Origin: Phallusia mammillata
Lineage: Eukaryota
Reading direction: 5' to 3'
Assembly: GCA_965637545.1 (NCBI GenBank)
Contig: OZ281497.1
Coordinates: forward strand, 22,816,001 to 22,880,000
Length of the DNA stretch: 64,000 nucleotides
Shown one piece after another: positions 48,201 through 60,449 of this stretch. The translations under genes were made by a program, and so were the position numbers. The notes below the pieces were generated by a model, which was given only the letters and a program-made list of their open reading frames with translations, was not told the DNA's origin and searched no databases. Numbering within the stretch: position 1 is the first letter of the stretch; every line of letters begins with the position of its first letter.

Positions 48201-51200
48201 AGGTGAGTCAACTATCAACAAAACTGTTAATATTTGTTATTAGGGGTATTTAACTTTGCTGTTTTTGGCAATTAATTGCGTTTAACAACTTATTTGGCGA
48301 AATATTTGCACTTAACAACAAGTTGTTTTCCAGGTTTTAACAAGACCATGGATGCAGTGAAGGACAGTGTGTTGATATTATCTGACGATCTTGTGGATGC
48401 AAACACTGCACAGGAGAAATGTTCTTTGCTGGGTGGAAATCTTGCAATGACTGATGACCCACAGATCAACACAACTCTCACTCAACTCATGACAGACAAA
48501 TACACAACAGGTTTGTGTTGTGGAAAAGAAACCGTTCTAAACTTGATAGTGTTATAAATTAGATGTTGAATGCACTCAGCATATTTTTTTTTAGATTTGA
48601 AGCCAGTATATATTTTTTGAAATGTTTAAACAAAACTTTGTTTCAGATTTGCAGCGGGTTTATATTTTTTATGATCAATCTAAAAAATACGAACGATGCA
48701 AATACTCAAAACATTCGGCTGAAATGGATTTTTGGAAAAGTACAAAATCTCTTGGACATTTGTGGTATTTCGATTTGTATAAAAGGTGAAAACAAGATAG
48801 TAACAAAATTTGTTTACTTGTGATTTTTCTTTTAAAGCTTTATGTTTTTTCAGCAAATATGAAAACACGATGGTGGAAATTTACTTCTGCAATGCCCCGG
48901 GTTGGGTAAACCAGGGTAAAGACAAGTGGGGTGTAACCATTGGAACAAGCTGTAGATTCAATGACGAAAAAGGAAATTGGAATGGTTTGTGCCACACAGC
49001 TAGTTAATGAAAGAATTTATAGGAAATAGCGGCAAAACCGTGCCTTATAACTTTCAGGACGGGAAGTAAGATTTTCATTGTTTTCCAAAACTCAAAAACT
49101 ACAAAAGAAAATATACAACTACAAAAGTGACGCCATAAATTCGGACAAGTTGCGCAGTGTGAATGAAACGTTCGGAAACTTCTCGGTGTACATAGGATCA
49201 TTTCTGGCACCAAGTGAGTGTTTGAATAAATCCACAAAAATACAAACCGTCGGTTTGGATGCAAAAACACAAATAATTTTTAGATATCAAAGTTTTTATT
49301 GGAGCTCGCTACAACACGTCATTGAATGGTTGGTATTGGAGCGACGGATCTCCGGCAAACGTTCCCGTTTCTAAGATTACAACTTGCCAACAAGGAGCGT
49401 TGCATTATGGGATCGGATGGGTGCAGTCAAGCATGAACTGCAGTAAGAAACCGGCTTACTACGCTTGCCAAGTACGATGTGAGTAATCACATCGTTTCAA
49501 AACGGATTAAAAAATACATATGTTTTTTAAATGCTCTTCAATGTTTCTGATTTTCTTGTCTTATGGGAAAGCTACTCGACAAATTTGTGACCAAATTTTC
49601 TTTATGATTTGCTATAACGTCAGGAATCACTTTTAGTTAAACCTTCTGTGACAAAATTTCCATGCAACGCATCAACTGTGCTGGTCAATTGGACTGGACT
49701 TGATCAATTGATCATCAACAACAATTTAACAGCACAGGTCGAAATACAAGTTTTGGTGTTTATTATTTGCGTTAAATCCACCAAATAATGAAATCAACTA
49801 ATGTTTCATTTACATGCGAATACATACAGGTTGAGATTCAAGTCCAGAGTTTCAATCAAACAATCTCCGTTCCGTACTCGGTTCAATCACTTTTAATAGA
49901 AGGTCTTAATCACACTACATTGTATGATATTCTGGTAAGCATATTTTAAAAAAAGGCTGAAATTTGCACAATGCTGTAGTTGACTGCAAATAATGAATCA
50001 ACCATATTTTATATTCCAGATTATAGTAGTTGTCACTGGTTCAATCAACGCAAACGTCATATCCAATCTAACAGTAACAACCCCGGGTAATCCGCCCCCA
50101 AACTGTTTTCCGGGAGACAACACGTCCAATCCTGCAACGAGTATTGGAATGATTGCTGGTCTGGTGATCGGGCTTTTGCTTCTGGTACTTGTCATTGTTG
50201 GGCTGGTGGTCATGTTTATACGTCGAAGACATAGGTTTGTTTTGAATTGATTTGGCTCAAGGCGAATTCGCATTGTAGCTTTTGTCAATGATATGACAAA
50301 TTGTTATCAAAAGTACCATCGTGATTTTAACTTCCTCGAAAGTTAACGGTCGTTTGTTGTAAGTCATTCGTCCAAAAAGAGAAAGCGAAACCCACTTAGT
50401 CATTTAACCTTATATAAATTAAGTTAACTCGCAATGGATATCTAAATATTAGCAAGTACCTTTGTTGAAATACTGAACTGAAACTAACATTCTATTGTAT
50501 TTACAGGCCAAGCAAGGATCAACCTCCACAAGTGGAAGATTCCAGTCATCAATCTTTAGGGTCACCGCAAGGTAGATACGAGGGTAAAATAGCGGACCTG
50601 TTACTACAAAAAGTGCATACGTAGGCATAGGTACCAAACGGTGTGGAAGGGTAATTTTTCCGCAGAAATAAACCTTTTTCATTAATGAGATGTTCAGAAA
50701 ACAAGACAAAAAAAGGATTTATTGGTTTCTTTCAAAAAACTCGCCCTTCCTCTATTTAAGTTTTAGCACCTATGTATATCAATAGGTTGTCGTATCAATT
50801 GTTAATGACTAAGCCTTTAAAATCTGGTTTTCAAGTTGGAAACGGTGTCTACCAAAACGTAGCGCATGAAGCCAGGTCGAATTACACCTTGTTCAAGTTG
50901 TTCAAGAAGAATGTTGAGTCAGGATTTCTTTTTGCCAACGAATTTGAGGTTTGTTGTGTTAACTGCAAGGAAAAGTCTCAAGGAAAAACGTAAAGGGAAA
51001 GTCTGAATACTGTTTATACAACACACACCGTGGATTTATACCCGATGTGACGTCAAATGCCACGTAGTGATCACGTCATTTAGTATTTTGTGGCCTATTC
51101 AGATGAAAATTTTTGATTCTAATCATGTCTTATCAAAACAAGTTCTGGGTTAAAACCTCAATTAACAAACAATCACAACGTGCAAGTTATCATAACACGA

Positions 51201-54200
51201 TTAATTAACTCTTGAAGCAAGTGCCACAAGTAAGGGAAATCATTTACTTCTATTGTTTTTGATGTACCAACTTTCATTTCAGAAAGTCGAAAACCAAAGC
51301 AAAAACAACCACAGAACAAAGGACGTGTCACAGTTGCCGCAAAATGCTGTCAGAAACCGCTACAAGAACATTTTCCCTTGTAAGTATTGAAACACAAAGT
51401 TGAAACGAGGGTTACATGTACTTAAAGTAGCTTCACATGTTTGGATCAAAGCCAAAAAGTTACAAGCCAAAAGCAGAAACAGTATTTTCACAACAAAGAA
51501 CTTCAACTTCTGTGTTTGGATACAATTTGTTGTAAGCAACATTGACTAAACTTGATTCAAAAATATTGTGTCAAAGAACTTTAAATCGCCTTTGTTTAGT
51601 TTCTATTTCATCGTAGTAAAAATGACCAAGGAATAACCCATAACGTCTTTTTCTGTCCTCTAAGACAACCGGGCATTAAAAGGTAATGACGTAACAACTG
51701 GTATGAGAGTCGTTACTCACGTGGGTCATGCACTATTACGTCACACAAGAAAAACAGGTGTTTGTTTACATTTCTAGTCAAACATTTCTGCGTCAGATAA
51801 TTACTTATACATTGATTTTCCACCACAATGATTGTACGTTTTATCTTGTATTTTATATTATTAATTTCAGTCTGTTTTAGTGGATTTTTTGTGTAGGGTT
51901 TGCTACGATAACTTAAATCAATTGTTTACATGGCAAATTTTCGATAAGAGTAAAGAAATAAGTATTGAGCCACCAAGGTCTGATAACAATTAAAACCATA
52001 ATGAAAGCATGAAAGGTGGTCATGCATGGATAGTTTTGCCCTCAGAGTGTTCATTACATTGTAACTGAAACGTGTGTAATTGACTTCCTGTATAACATTT
52101 GTTTGTTCAATAGACGATCATGCTCGAGTGGTTTTGCAAGGAAGCGGTGGAAACGATTACATCAACGCCGCTTATATACCGGGTTACGATAACGAGAAGA
52201 AGTTCATCGCCACTCAGGGTCCAAAGAAGGAGACAATCAACGATTTCTGGTTGATGGTTTGGCAGGAAAACTCCAACATCATCGTAATGCTTACTGGCTT
52301 GGTGGAAAACGGAAAGGTTGCCTTTGTTTACTTACTAACTTAACCAGCCAAAACTCGTTACAAAGATAATATTTAACAAACAAATTTGTCATTCAACTGG
52401 TGTAATGTTAAACAAATATTGGTTTTTTTTCAAGAACTTGTTTTTTGCTGACGTTTCGCCCACCAGAACGGTATGGCTTCTTCAGCTCAATGAATTGGTG
52501 TTCGCAATATATCATCCATTGCTCTGAAGAAGCCAAACCGTTCTGGTGGGCGAAACGTCAGCAAAAAACAAGTTCTTGAAAAAACAGCTAGTATTTTGTT
52601 TACCATTACACCAGTTGAATGACAAATTTGTTAAATATGCAACATGGTAGACGAAACGCTTGTTCGGTATTTGACGACCTTTTCATACTGCCTACATTTG
52701 ATAGCTATTAGTCACTTTATCATTCTACCCGCCGCATCTGTTCGTCACAAAGTACGAAAATTCCCCTATTTCACAAAACATTTATAATTGGGTAATAATT
52801 ATTCCGTACAAAGAGCTTCGTGTGCTGACGCATTTTCAACCAAAATTAAAACCACTTTATCCAAGCTCTATTCAGCCATAAATAGCAGGCCTCACTTTCC
52901 AATTATCAACCGATGTTTTGTTAAAACAAAGTTAACTCGAGATTTCAGTTTTTATTTAAAACCTGTTTTTCTGCAGTCAAAGTGTGAACAATACTGGCCC
53001 GACGTTGAATCTCAAAAGAAATTGTTGCCAGACTTCACAGTTCGAACACAACTTGAAACAACCATCGGTGGAACCGTTCATCGACAGTTCGTCATATCTA
53101 CGACAGCAGTAAGTAAACTGCAAAACAAACAAAGGGTTTGGGCAATTTTCGCTTCTATATGTACACCTTAATGCATAATGACTTGTATCTTCGTCAATAC
53201 CTGATTTTAATTTCAATTTTTACTGCAGGTTAAACCTTCCTTTTGTTGCATTCAAATTTGTTTCTCCACAGAAGAAATTACAAAACAATGTTGCAATAAC
53301 TACTGTTTAAAATTCGAAATTAAACTGTAATATTTTTTCCACACAACAGTCTTGTTACACTTTCTAGGAGCAACGAACCATAACACAGCTGCAGTTTACA
53401 ACTTGGCCCGATCATGGGATTCCAGTAACTACATCCAACATGATCCACCTACGTAACATGGTCGATAATTTACAAAACACAAATGCTCCAATCATCGTGC
53501 ACTGCAGGTAAAGACTTGACAAACCCTATGTTTATTTGATCACTCAAATGAATCATATGTTTGGATGCAGTGTTGGAGTGGGACGCACCGGTACTTACAT
53601 AGCAATGGACACTTTGTTTCATGAACTTGACAACAATAGAACAGTTGATGTTCCACAAACTGTGTTAAAAATGAAAGAGAATCGAATAGACATGATCCAA
53701 AACTCGGTAAACTGTTGTTGCACATATTCTGACTCGAATAACAAATAGAAAAATATGTTTTTAATTACAATCCACGTTTGGTTCTCTAGTGGAGGGTGTA
53801 TGTTGTGACCAAGTCTAGCAACGAATTAATCATATCTTTTTTACTAATTCTGTATTTCTACAGAATCAATACATGTACGTCTACAAACTACTTATGGAGC
53901 GTGAGAGTTTAATGGAAACAGATAGAGATGTGCAAGAACTACAGTCGATGACTTCAAGTGAAATGTGAGCAGTTGTAGTATAGTAACTCGAGCCAAATCT
54001 GCAAGCTAGTACGTCAGAATTGGTGTTGCTGTTCACAATTCACATTTTCTATTTTTTTAACGTTAAAAAGGTTTTTTCTGCTGCAGCAATTTGACTGTCA
54101 TTCAAGCCCGTGAAAGAGCTGTTGCTGTAATTGACACGTTACCCCAGTATTTAACTTGTGTTACAGCCAGAAAATGCAAGAACAAGAATTTGAAGTATTG

Positions 54201-55771
54201 TCATCGTGGAGATTTGGCGAGGAATGGCAAGAAAATCACCCACAGCTGAGAACATGTAAGCTTATATATATGTAGATCAGTGATTCCCAACCTTTCTGTG
54301 GTCGCGTACCACTTTAAGGCTGCGCGTCGTCACCGCGTACCACCTGGCGTCCTAATTTTGCATCAGCTTAGCAAGTGATACGCAACCCGGTGTTTTAAGT
54401 AACAAACGTGTGCAAAAATACGAAATAAATATACTTAAAGGTGACTGAAATTATTTCATTCGGTAACAAATTACATTTAACTTTATTTTACAGACAAGAA
54501 CACGGTGGTCAAACTTTGGGACAATAAAAGCCAAAGCATTGAACAGTTGGATGCTTCCTATATTCAGGCGAGAATAAAATTTGCTTTCACATTGGTTCAA
54601 GCTCTTTTACGCGAAGTGCCTTACTTATATTTAATACCGTAGTTAACATGTATTTTCTCGTTAAAATGCATTTTCTCACATATAATGCGGTTAAATTTTC
54701 AAAAATGTTCTTTCTTTGCTTTTGATACATGCAGGAACATGGCTCTTCGGAATGTATTATCGCTGCAAGAAATCCTGCTTCAGGAGAAGAAGAAAACTTC
54801 TGGAAGATGATCGTTGAACGAGGAGCTTCACTTGTCGTTGATTTAGACAACAGCATTCAAGTAAAATTGACATTTTGCATTTTCCTATAATAGCCCTTTA
54901 CCATATACCATACATCTTTTTCAGATTCCAATCGATGCAGCTTTACAATATGAGGACATTTCGGTTTCTGCATGTGACGTAAATGAAAGTAAACAAAATC
55001 TGATGACTGTCGACGTCTGGTCTGCAACCAACGCTTTTGTAAGCAACCCAATTGCTATGTTTTGTTGTAAAATAGGACAATCTCTCTATAAATACCGTAT
55101 TAGGTAGCAATGCTGATTGAAACTCTGTATTCCGTATTTTTAGGTAGCCCAGCAACTGATGCTTCTGCAAGTCAAGGGATGGAGTGACGTGGAACGACCT
55201 CCGAAAGAAATGGATTTCATCAAACTTATCGAGGAAATGCAACGACTAAGAGCCAAACAGAATTGCAAGTGTGTGTTGGTGGGATGCAGGTAACGAACAA
55301 ATTAGTTTTCCTCATTAGCTACCTGAAAAGTAGATTTAATTTCGGTTAAGTTTTTTCTAAAGGCGTATTGTCTGATGTGAACTCTCAAAGTAACCGGATT
55401 CAACCAACTTTCTTTATTTACAGTAACGGATCAACCAGAACGGGAACCTTCATCGCTCTGGTGAACATTCTCGAACGTTTGAAGGCCCAAAAGCGGGTGG
55501 ATGTATTCCGAACTGTGAAAGACCTGAGAGATATGAGACCGAATATGGTCGACAACAAGGTAACGTTTTATGTAATAAAGAAAATAGGAATGCTAAAAGT
55601 TGGTTTCATATTTCTGACTTCTGAACAAGCAAGATTAAATTCTGTGGATTGGGAAATTAGAACTTTTCCCATAATATTAAATACATCTTGTTACAGGAAC
55701 TCTACATATACTGTTACTCGGTCGTCATGCAATATCTGTCTGATTTCGACACTTATTCAAACTTCAAGTGA
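48069..55771 (+). CDS. Copy F: receptor-type protein tyrosine phosphatase (lectin-like / 1xFN3 / TM / D1 / D2)
   Basis: Exons 48069-48141, 48334-48510, 48647-48785, 48854-49002, 49058-49213, 49284-49478, 49637-49737, 49830-49934, 50020-50234 (TM), 50507-50571, 50836-50948, 51283-51379, 52114-52316, 52977-53108, 53368-53507, 53571-53706, 53864-53964, 54167-54255, 54494-54567 (GC donor), 54735-54860, 54925-55038, 55144-55289, 55424-55559 and 55697-55771 give a continuous frame. The P-loop reads [11 protein letters not shown]. Confidence 0.88.
52372..52665. mobile_element. Short inverted-repeat Penelope-like element with two opposed hammerhead motifs (same family as 42468-43156)
   Basis: Arms TTTAACAAA...CATTCAACTGGTGTAATG / CATTACACCAGTTGAATGACAAATTTGTTAAA. 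The + strand core is CTGAAGA-agccaaaccgttctggtgggc-GAAACGTC (52524-52559). A one-sided ~30-bp extension on the right matches 42468-42500 in reverse. Confidence 0.8.
54278..54350. mobile_element. Truncated hAT-type MITE end
   Basis: CAGTGATTCCCAACCTTT...CGCGTACCAC resembles the left end of 57597-58128. No second TIR was found. Confidence 0.55.
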
Positions 55772-57596
55772 ACTAAGCACCAAGGAGAATTAAAAGTAAA
55801 AAAAAGTCGTAAATTTGCAACGGGCTTAATTAAACTCACGCAACTTCTGTCCAACACTATTTGCAAATTATTTCTTACACTTTACCGACAGTAGTTGTTA
55901 AACAGCGCCGATTTGTTTGTTTTTTGTTGGCATCTTTGTACGCCTTTCCCAACAGATAATAGTTTCCGAACAGATAATAGTCGCATATTTGTCCGATGTT
56001 TATCGTTGTTGTGTGATTTACTTGTGCAATATTTGTTGTAAACAGCAACAAAATTTCTGTATTTTAGTAACAGCTAATTTAACTTTATTTCACAGTGCAA
56101 CTTTTTTGCGCTATAAGTGCTTTGTATCTGTGAAAGATTTTTGTTTTCGCCTTTTTTTAAAAAAATTCCTCGTTATTTTTCAACGCATGTTTTACCAACA
56201 CAAGCTATTGCGACGAATTAATGTCCTTGTTCATTTTGTAAACTTACACAAATCAATATTCCAGTTGTACCAAAACCAATGCGAGAATTTCACATGAAAA
56301 TAATAATTGTAGTTAATGAAATAGATTTAAAAATGTAAGTTTATATTTCAGTAAACAATCTTGACATAAGAAACATCAGTTTTCGTTTTACTAACCACTA
56401 GATAGCATGAATGGATAGAGCTAGCACGACTATGATGGCAACTGTTGTAGTGAATTTAAGTCTGCTTGATCCGTTTCCGGAGTTGCAGTTGTCTAAATGT
56501 AAATATTTACTAAACAATCCGAACATTCAAATAAACATTTCAAACTTTTCTACAAATTGGAATCATTTGTTGCAGATTTTAATTTATGTTTTAAAACTAA
56601 GAAACAAAATCACAAAAAAACGGGGGAAGATAGTTCCCAAAGAGAAACCGAAAATTACAGAGCAACTTAATTAAAAACACTCCAAAACCTCTGCACGACA
56701 CAACTGCACCCTTTCCATAGGAACTTATAGGTGCGAGAGAGGCACATGCTCTTCTTGAAATACAATTATATGTTCCGTAGGTTGTCCTACAAAAAAATTC
56801 TGAAAGCAGTTGAAAAAACACCAGCATAAGGCGACAAATGACAGAAGTAAAAAGCATAAGAAGTGCTGTTTTTGTCACCTTCAACGAATAAGATCAAATC
56901 TTGCAAATTTCTTGTTATAAAAGTTATTTGCATTGTAAGATGGTCAGGTTGACTTTAGTCAACAAACATCTAATGCATAGTCCTGGTGCGTCAGATTCAC
57001 CAGCTACGCTAACCCCAGGGAAACACCAAGTATAGACGGTATTGATCACCTAAAAGGCCTCATGCAGGTCATGGAATTTTATATTTGTCAGACAGTGCAT
57101 AGTGAGGACAAAAGGTTCGGGGTAGATTCAGGGTAGATACATATGAAAAAATGTAAGTAAAGTTTGTGAAATACAGGCAGAGTTGCGTCATGCTTTTCCA
57201 AGATGCGTTCTTTTTTTCAGACTATTGTTCACTTCTACAACCCACGGTTCATTGAAGCAAGGCAACAGACTTTTATGAGTCAGTTCATAAGTCAATTCAT
57301 TCAACCACACACAGGAAACTGCAATGAAGATCTTTTAGGCAGATGTGCAGCGGGCAGTCATAAGTCATGTTGTAATGTTAACATACTGTAACGTATTAAT
57401 CTTCAAGCAAGGAAACAAATGTAGATTCGTGTATCGTTGTTATGTATTGCTTCGTACAGAACACTGCCTAGTAAACATTTCTCAAATACAGAGGTTTGTT
57501 GTAGGTGGACTTACATAATTTACACAGCTTAAGCACAGTTAAGGTTTGGTAGAGCCGTAATTATTTTGATCTAAAGCAAAATAATACATTCTAGTG

Positions 57597-58128
57597 CAGT
57601 GGTTCCCAAACTTTATCTACTCGCGTACCATTTTTTTGGTTCATGCAGCGTTCTCGTACCACCTACAATCATGTTAGAATTTAATGAATAAAAATGTTAC
57701 TAAACTTTACTAACTAACTTTACCTTAGTAACTTTGGCCTTCAGTAACCAAAGGCTCGTAAATATTAAACAAAACTTAGTCAAACTTTTACCGCCCTCGC
57801 TACAGTGCTACTGTCAACACAACTAGTAGCTTATTACAAAAACTGACTTTAAGGACTTATTACGTTGTAATAACAGATTCATTACGTCATAATAAATCTA
57901 TTTCGTCACAAAGAAACCTTGCTTAACAGTTCAATGCGGCAATACACCAATGAATTAGAATTTAGTAGGAAATATAGTGTGAAATTTCACGCTCTACGTA
58001 ATTTGTGTGAATTAAAACTTGTGTGAAATAAAGATCGCTTTGTGTGAACTTAATAAGTTGCTCGCGTACCACCTTGGAGACCTTCGCGTACCACTAGTGG
58101 TACGCGTACCATAGTTTGGGAACCACTG
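57597..58128. mobile_element. hAT-type MITE
   Basis: Perfect TIRs CAGTGGTTCCCAAACT ... AGTTTGGGAACCACTG; 8-bp TSD TTCTAGTG (57589-57596, 58129-58136); GCGTACCA subterminal repeats. Confidence 0.9.
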
Positions 58129-58423
58129 TTCTAGTGCAACTAAAAATTAAACAATTTAAAGCGTTTGCAGGTAAAAGCAGGAGTTGAATCAGTCAGGTAG
58201 ATCAAAATGTCGTGCAAACGTTTTGAGAAGCAACTGAGTATTGATTTTTCCACTGACATCGTGTATGGAAAGTTTCGAAATTGAAAATATTTTGTACAGA
58301 AAGTAATTTGTTGTCCTTAAACAGTCTTTTTACATCAAACTCCATTTCAAATCAAATCAAATTGATTGAAAATGTCAAAAACGTTTACTTTTGTTATTAG
58401 TAATGTACCACATTTAAATTCAG

Positions 58424-58520
58424 AAAATCGAAAACCAAAGTAAAAACAACCAAAGAACAAGGGACGTGTCTCAGTTGCCGCAAAATGCTGTAAGAAACCA
58501 ATACAAGAATATTTTCCCGT
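58424..58520 (+). pseudogene. Orphan PTP D1 first exon
   Basis: 97-nt exon [32 protein letters not shown] with a CAG acceptor and a GT donor, but no flanking PTP exons. It lies in the spacer paralogous to 46525-46619. Confidence 0.8.
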
Positions 58521-60258
58521 GTACTAAAAGACAAAGTTTAAACGGGGGATACACTTTCCTAAACGTAGTATGAAATATTTTGGATTAAAGATTTGGTCAA
58601 AGGCTAAAGTCGGAACCGGCATTTTTACACAATGAACTTCAACTTGTGTTTTTTACTTCTTTGTTAGCCTGCGACCTAGTCCGCAGTACAGGCTAAGTAT
58701 AAACTAAAGTTGTCTAAGTTTCTTTCAGCTACAGGTAGCAAGCCTCAATGATGAAATAGCAATCGATGTTTTATTGAAAGAGTTGCTTTATTTAGAAAGA
58801 AGGAGTTGTTTCAAGCTGCATACAGTGCACAATCTTTCAACCAAGAAGATAAGCCGTTGGTGACAAGAGATAAGCCTTCATGGCCAGTGCAGCCACCCAG
58901 TTTGTTGGAAGTAACAGACTATAAGTCAATGCTCCACCTAGTGTATGAAGCCTGGCCACTTAAACACAATAGGTGAGTCATGGCTTTATAGTCCTGATCC
59001 TTTGACGGCGTTGTTATAATCATCTTGTATACCTAGAGATTTCAGTTGTTGATGCAAAACCTCTGGCTGCGGCCAAAGTATAAAAATACTTGACTGAATT
59101 TCAATGCAAAATCGAAAAAGGTCTTGAGCCTTTTCAGACAAGCACAAAGTGAAAAACACAAGCAGGACATTCGTATAACATGCATCATTAGGAAGGACAG
59201 AAGGAAAGTACTGTTACATTCACTTACAACGAATGTGACCAAAGACACACCGACAAATTTAGTGTTTCTGACTAGGAATTTCCCTGCAACGTTTATGTGC
59301 ATTCACAATAACGACGCACCATAATAAATCACAGTACGTCAGATTTACTAACTACGCTTACATCACGAAAATAACTGGTAGGCGGGATTAATTACGTTAA
59401 CCACCTCTTGTATGCTCGGTGTTTTCTTTACGTTAGCCGCTTCTACGGGTTATAGAAATTTAAAAACAAATGGAGGATGAGATATACAGGCAGGCAACGT
59501 TGAGTCATGCTTTGCGAAGCAGCGCTGTTTCTTTCAACCATCCCTGATAATTTTTACAACATACAGAAAACGCAATGTGTTATTAGTCAGTACCGTTGGT
59601 TTTGCAGATGTGCAGTGGGTAGTCATACCTGTTGTAAGGTTAACATCTTGACGCATGAGAAAAAGGAATATAATAGTGTAAATGTTTTGCATATTTATTG
59701 ATGAAAATAACGGCCCAAATAGACGTAAAAAGCGACATGCTTTATATTTCAAACGTTTCGGTAAATGCTCGTGTCATCATCAGTGAAATAAATGGCCACA
59801 CCAGTTACATCCGTTTATATACACCTAAGTCACATAAAAAAAATTGAGTTGCGGTTACGTAACAGATTATTAAAAAAGGTGGGAAGCAAGCGTAAAGACG
59901 GTATGTTACTTTGTACTGCACAGTGTCTAATACTTTTATCAGATAGAGTGTTGTACATTTTAGCTAGATTGTTGTGAATGAACTAGTATCAGTTACAGAG
60001 CTTCAGCACAGAAAAGGCCCAGTTCAATTGCGAAATAACTGTGGTGCAAAGCAAAACAGCACCGCGAGGAATTCAACTATGATACAGCCACTATACAATT
60101 TAAAACGATTGCAGTTAAAAGCTGCAGTAATCGTCAGTGCAGCTAGTGACAACATATTGGCCGTATTGGCTATACCCACATTACGTCACTCCAGCTTGTC
60201 AGGAGTAACAGGCTGGAAAGCCCACAGCCCAACTGTTTGTTCGATGTTTATGTTAGTG

Positions 60259-60351
60259 CAGCGGTTTTTAACCGTTTTTGTACACCCATTTTTGTTTAAT
60301 AAATTTGTTTAGTTAACTTTTGGCTCACGCCCCCCTGGTTAAGAGCCACTG
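60259..60351. mobile_element. Internally deleted hAT-type mini-MITE
   Basis: TIRs CAGCGGTTTTTAACC ... GGTTAAGAGCCACTG; flanks TGTTAGTG/TTTTAGTG (7/8 TSD match). It is absent from the paralogous spacer near 47930. Confidence 0.7.
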
Positions 60352-60449
60352 TTTTAGTGTGTTTCAAACAGATTGACTTCTACATCTGCAGCGAGTAGTA
60401 ATGACAAGTAAAAAGTGGCCGTATATTTGTTCATTGTAACAAACCAGAC

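Noticed and set aside
48173-48210. Extra small exon ending CCCAG|GTGAGT between F exons 1 and 2
   Set aside because: Its inclusion would break the phase-1/phase-1 junction, and the paralogous position in G lacks the donor.
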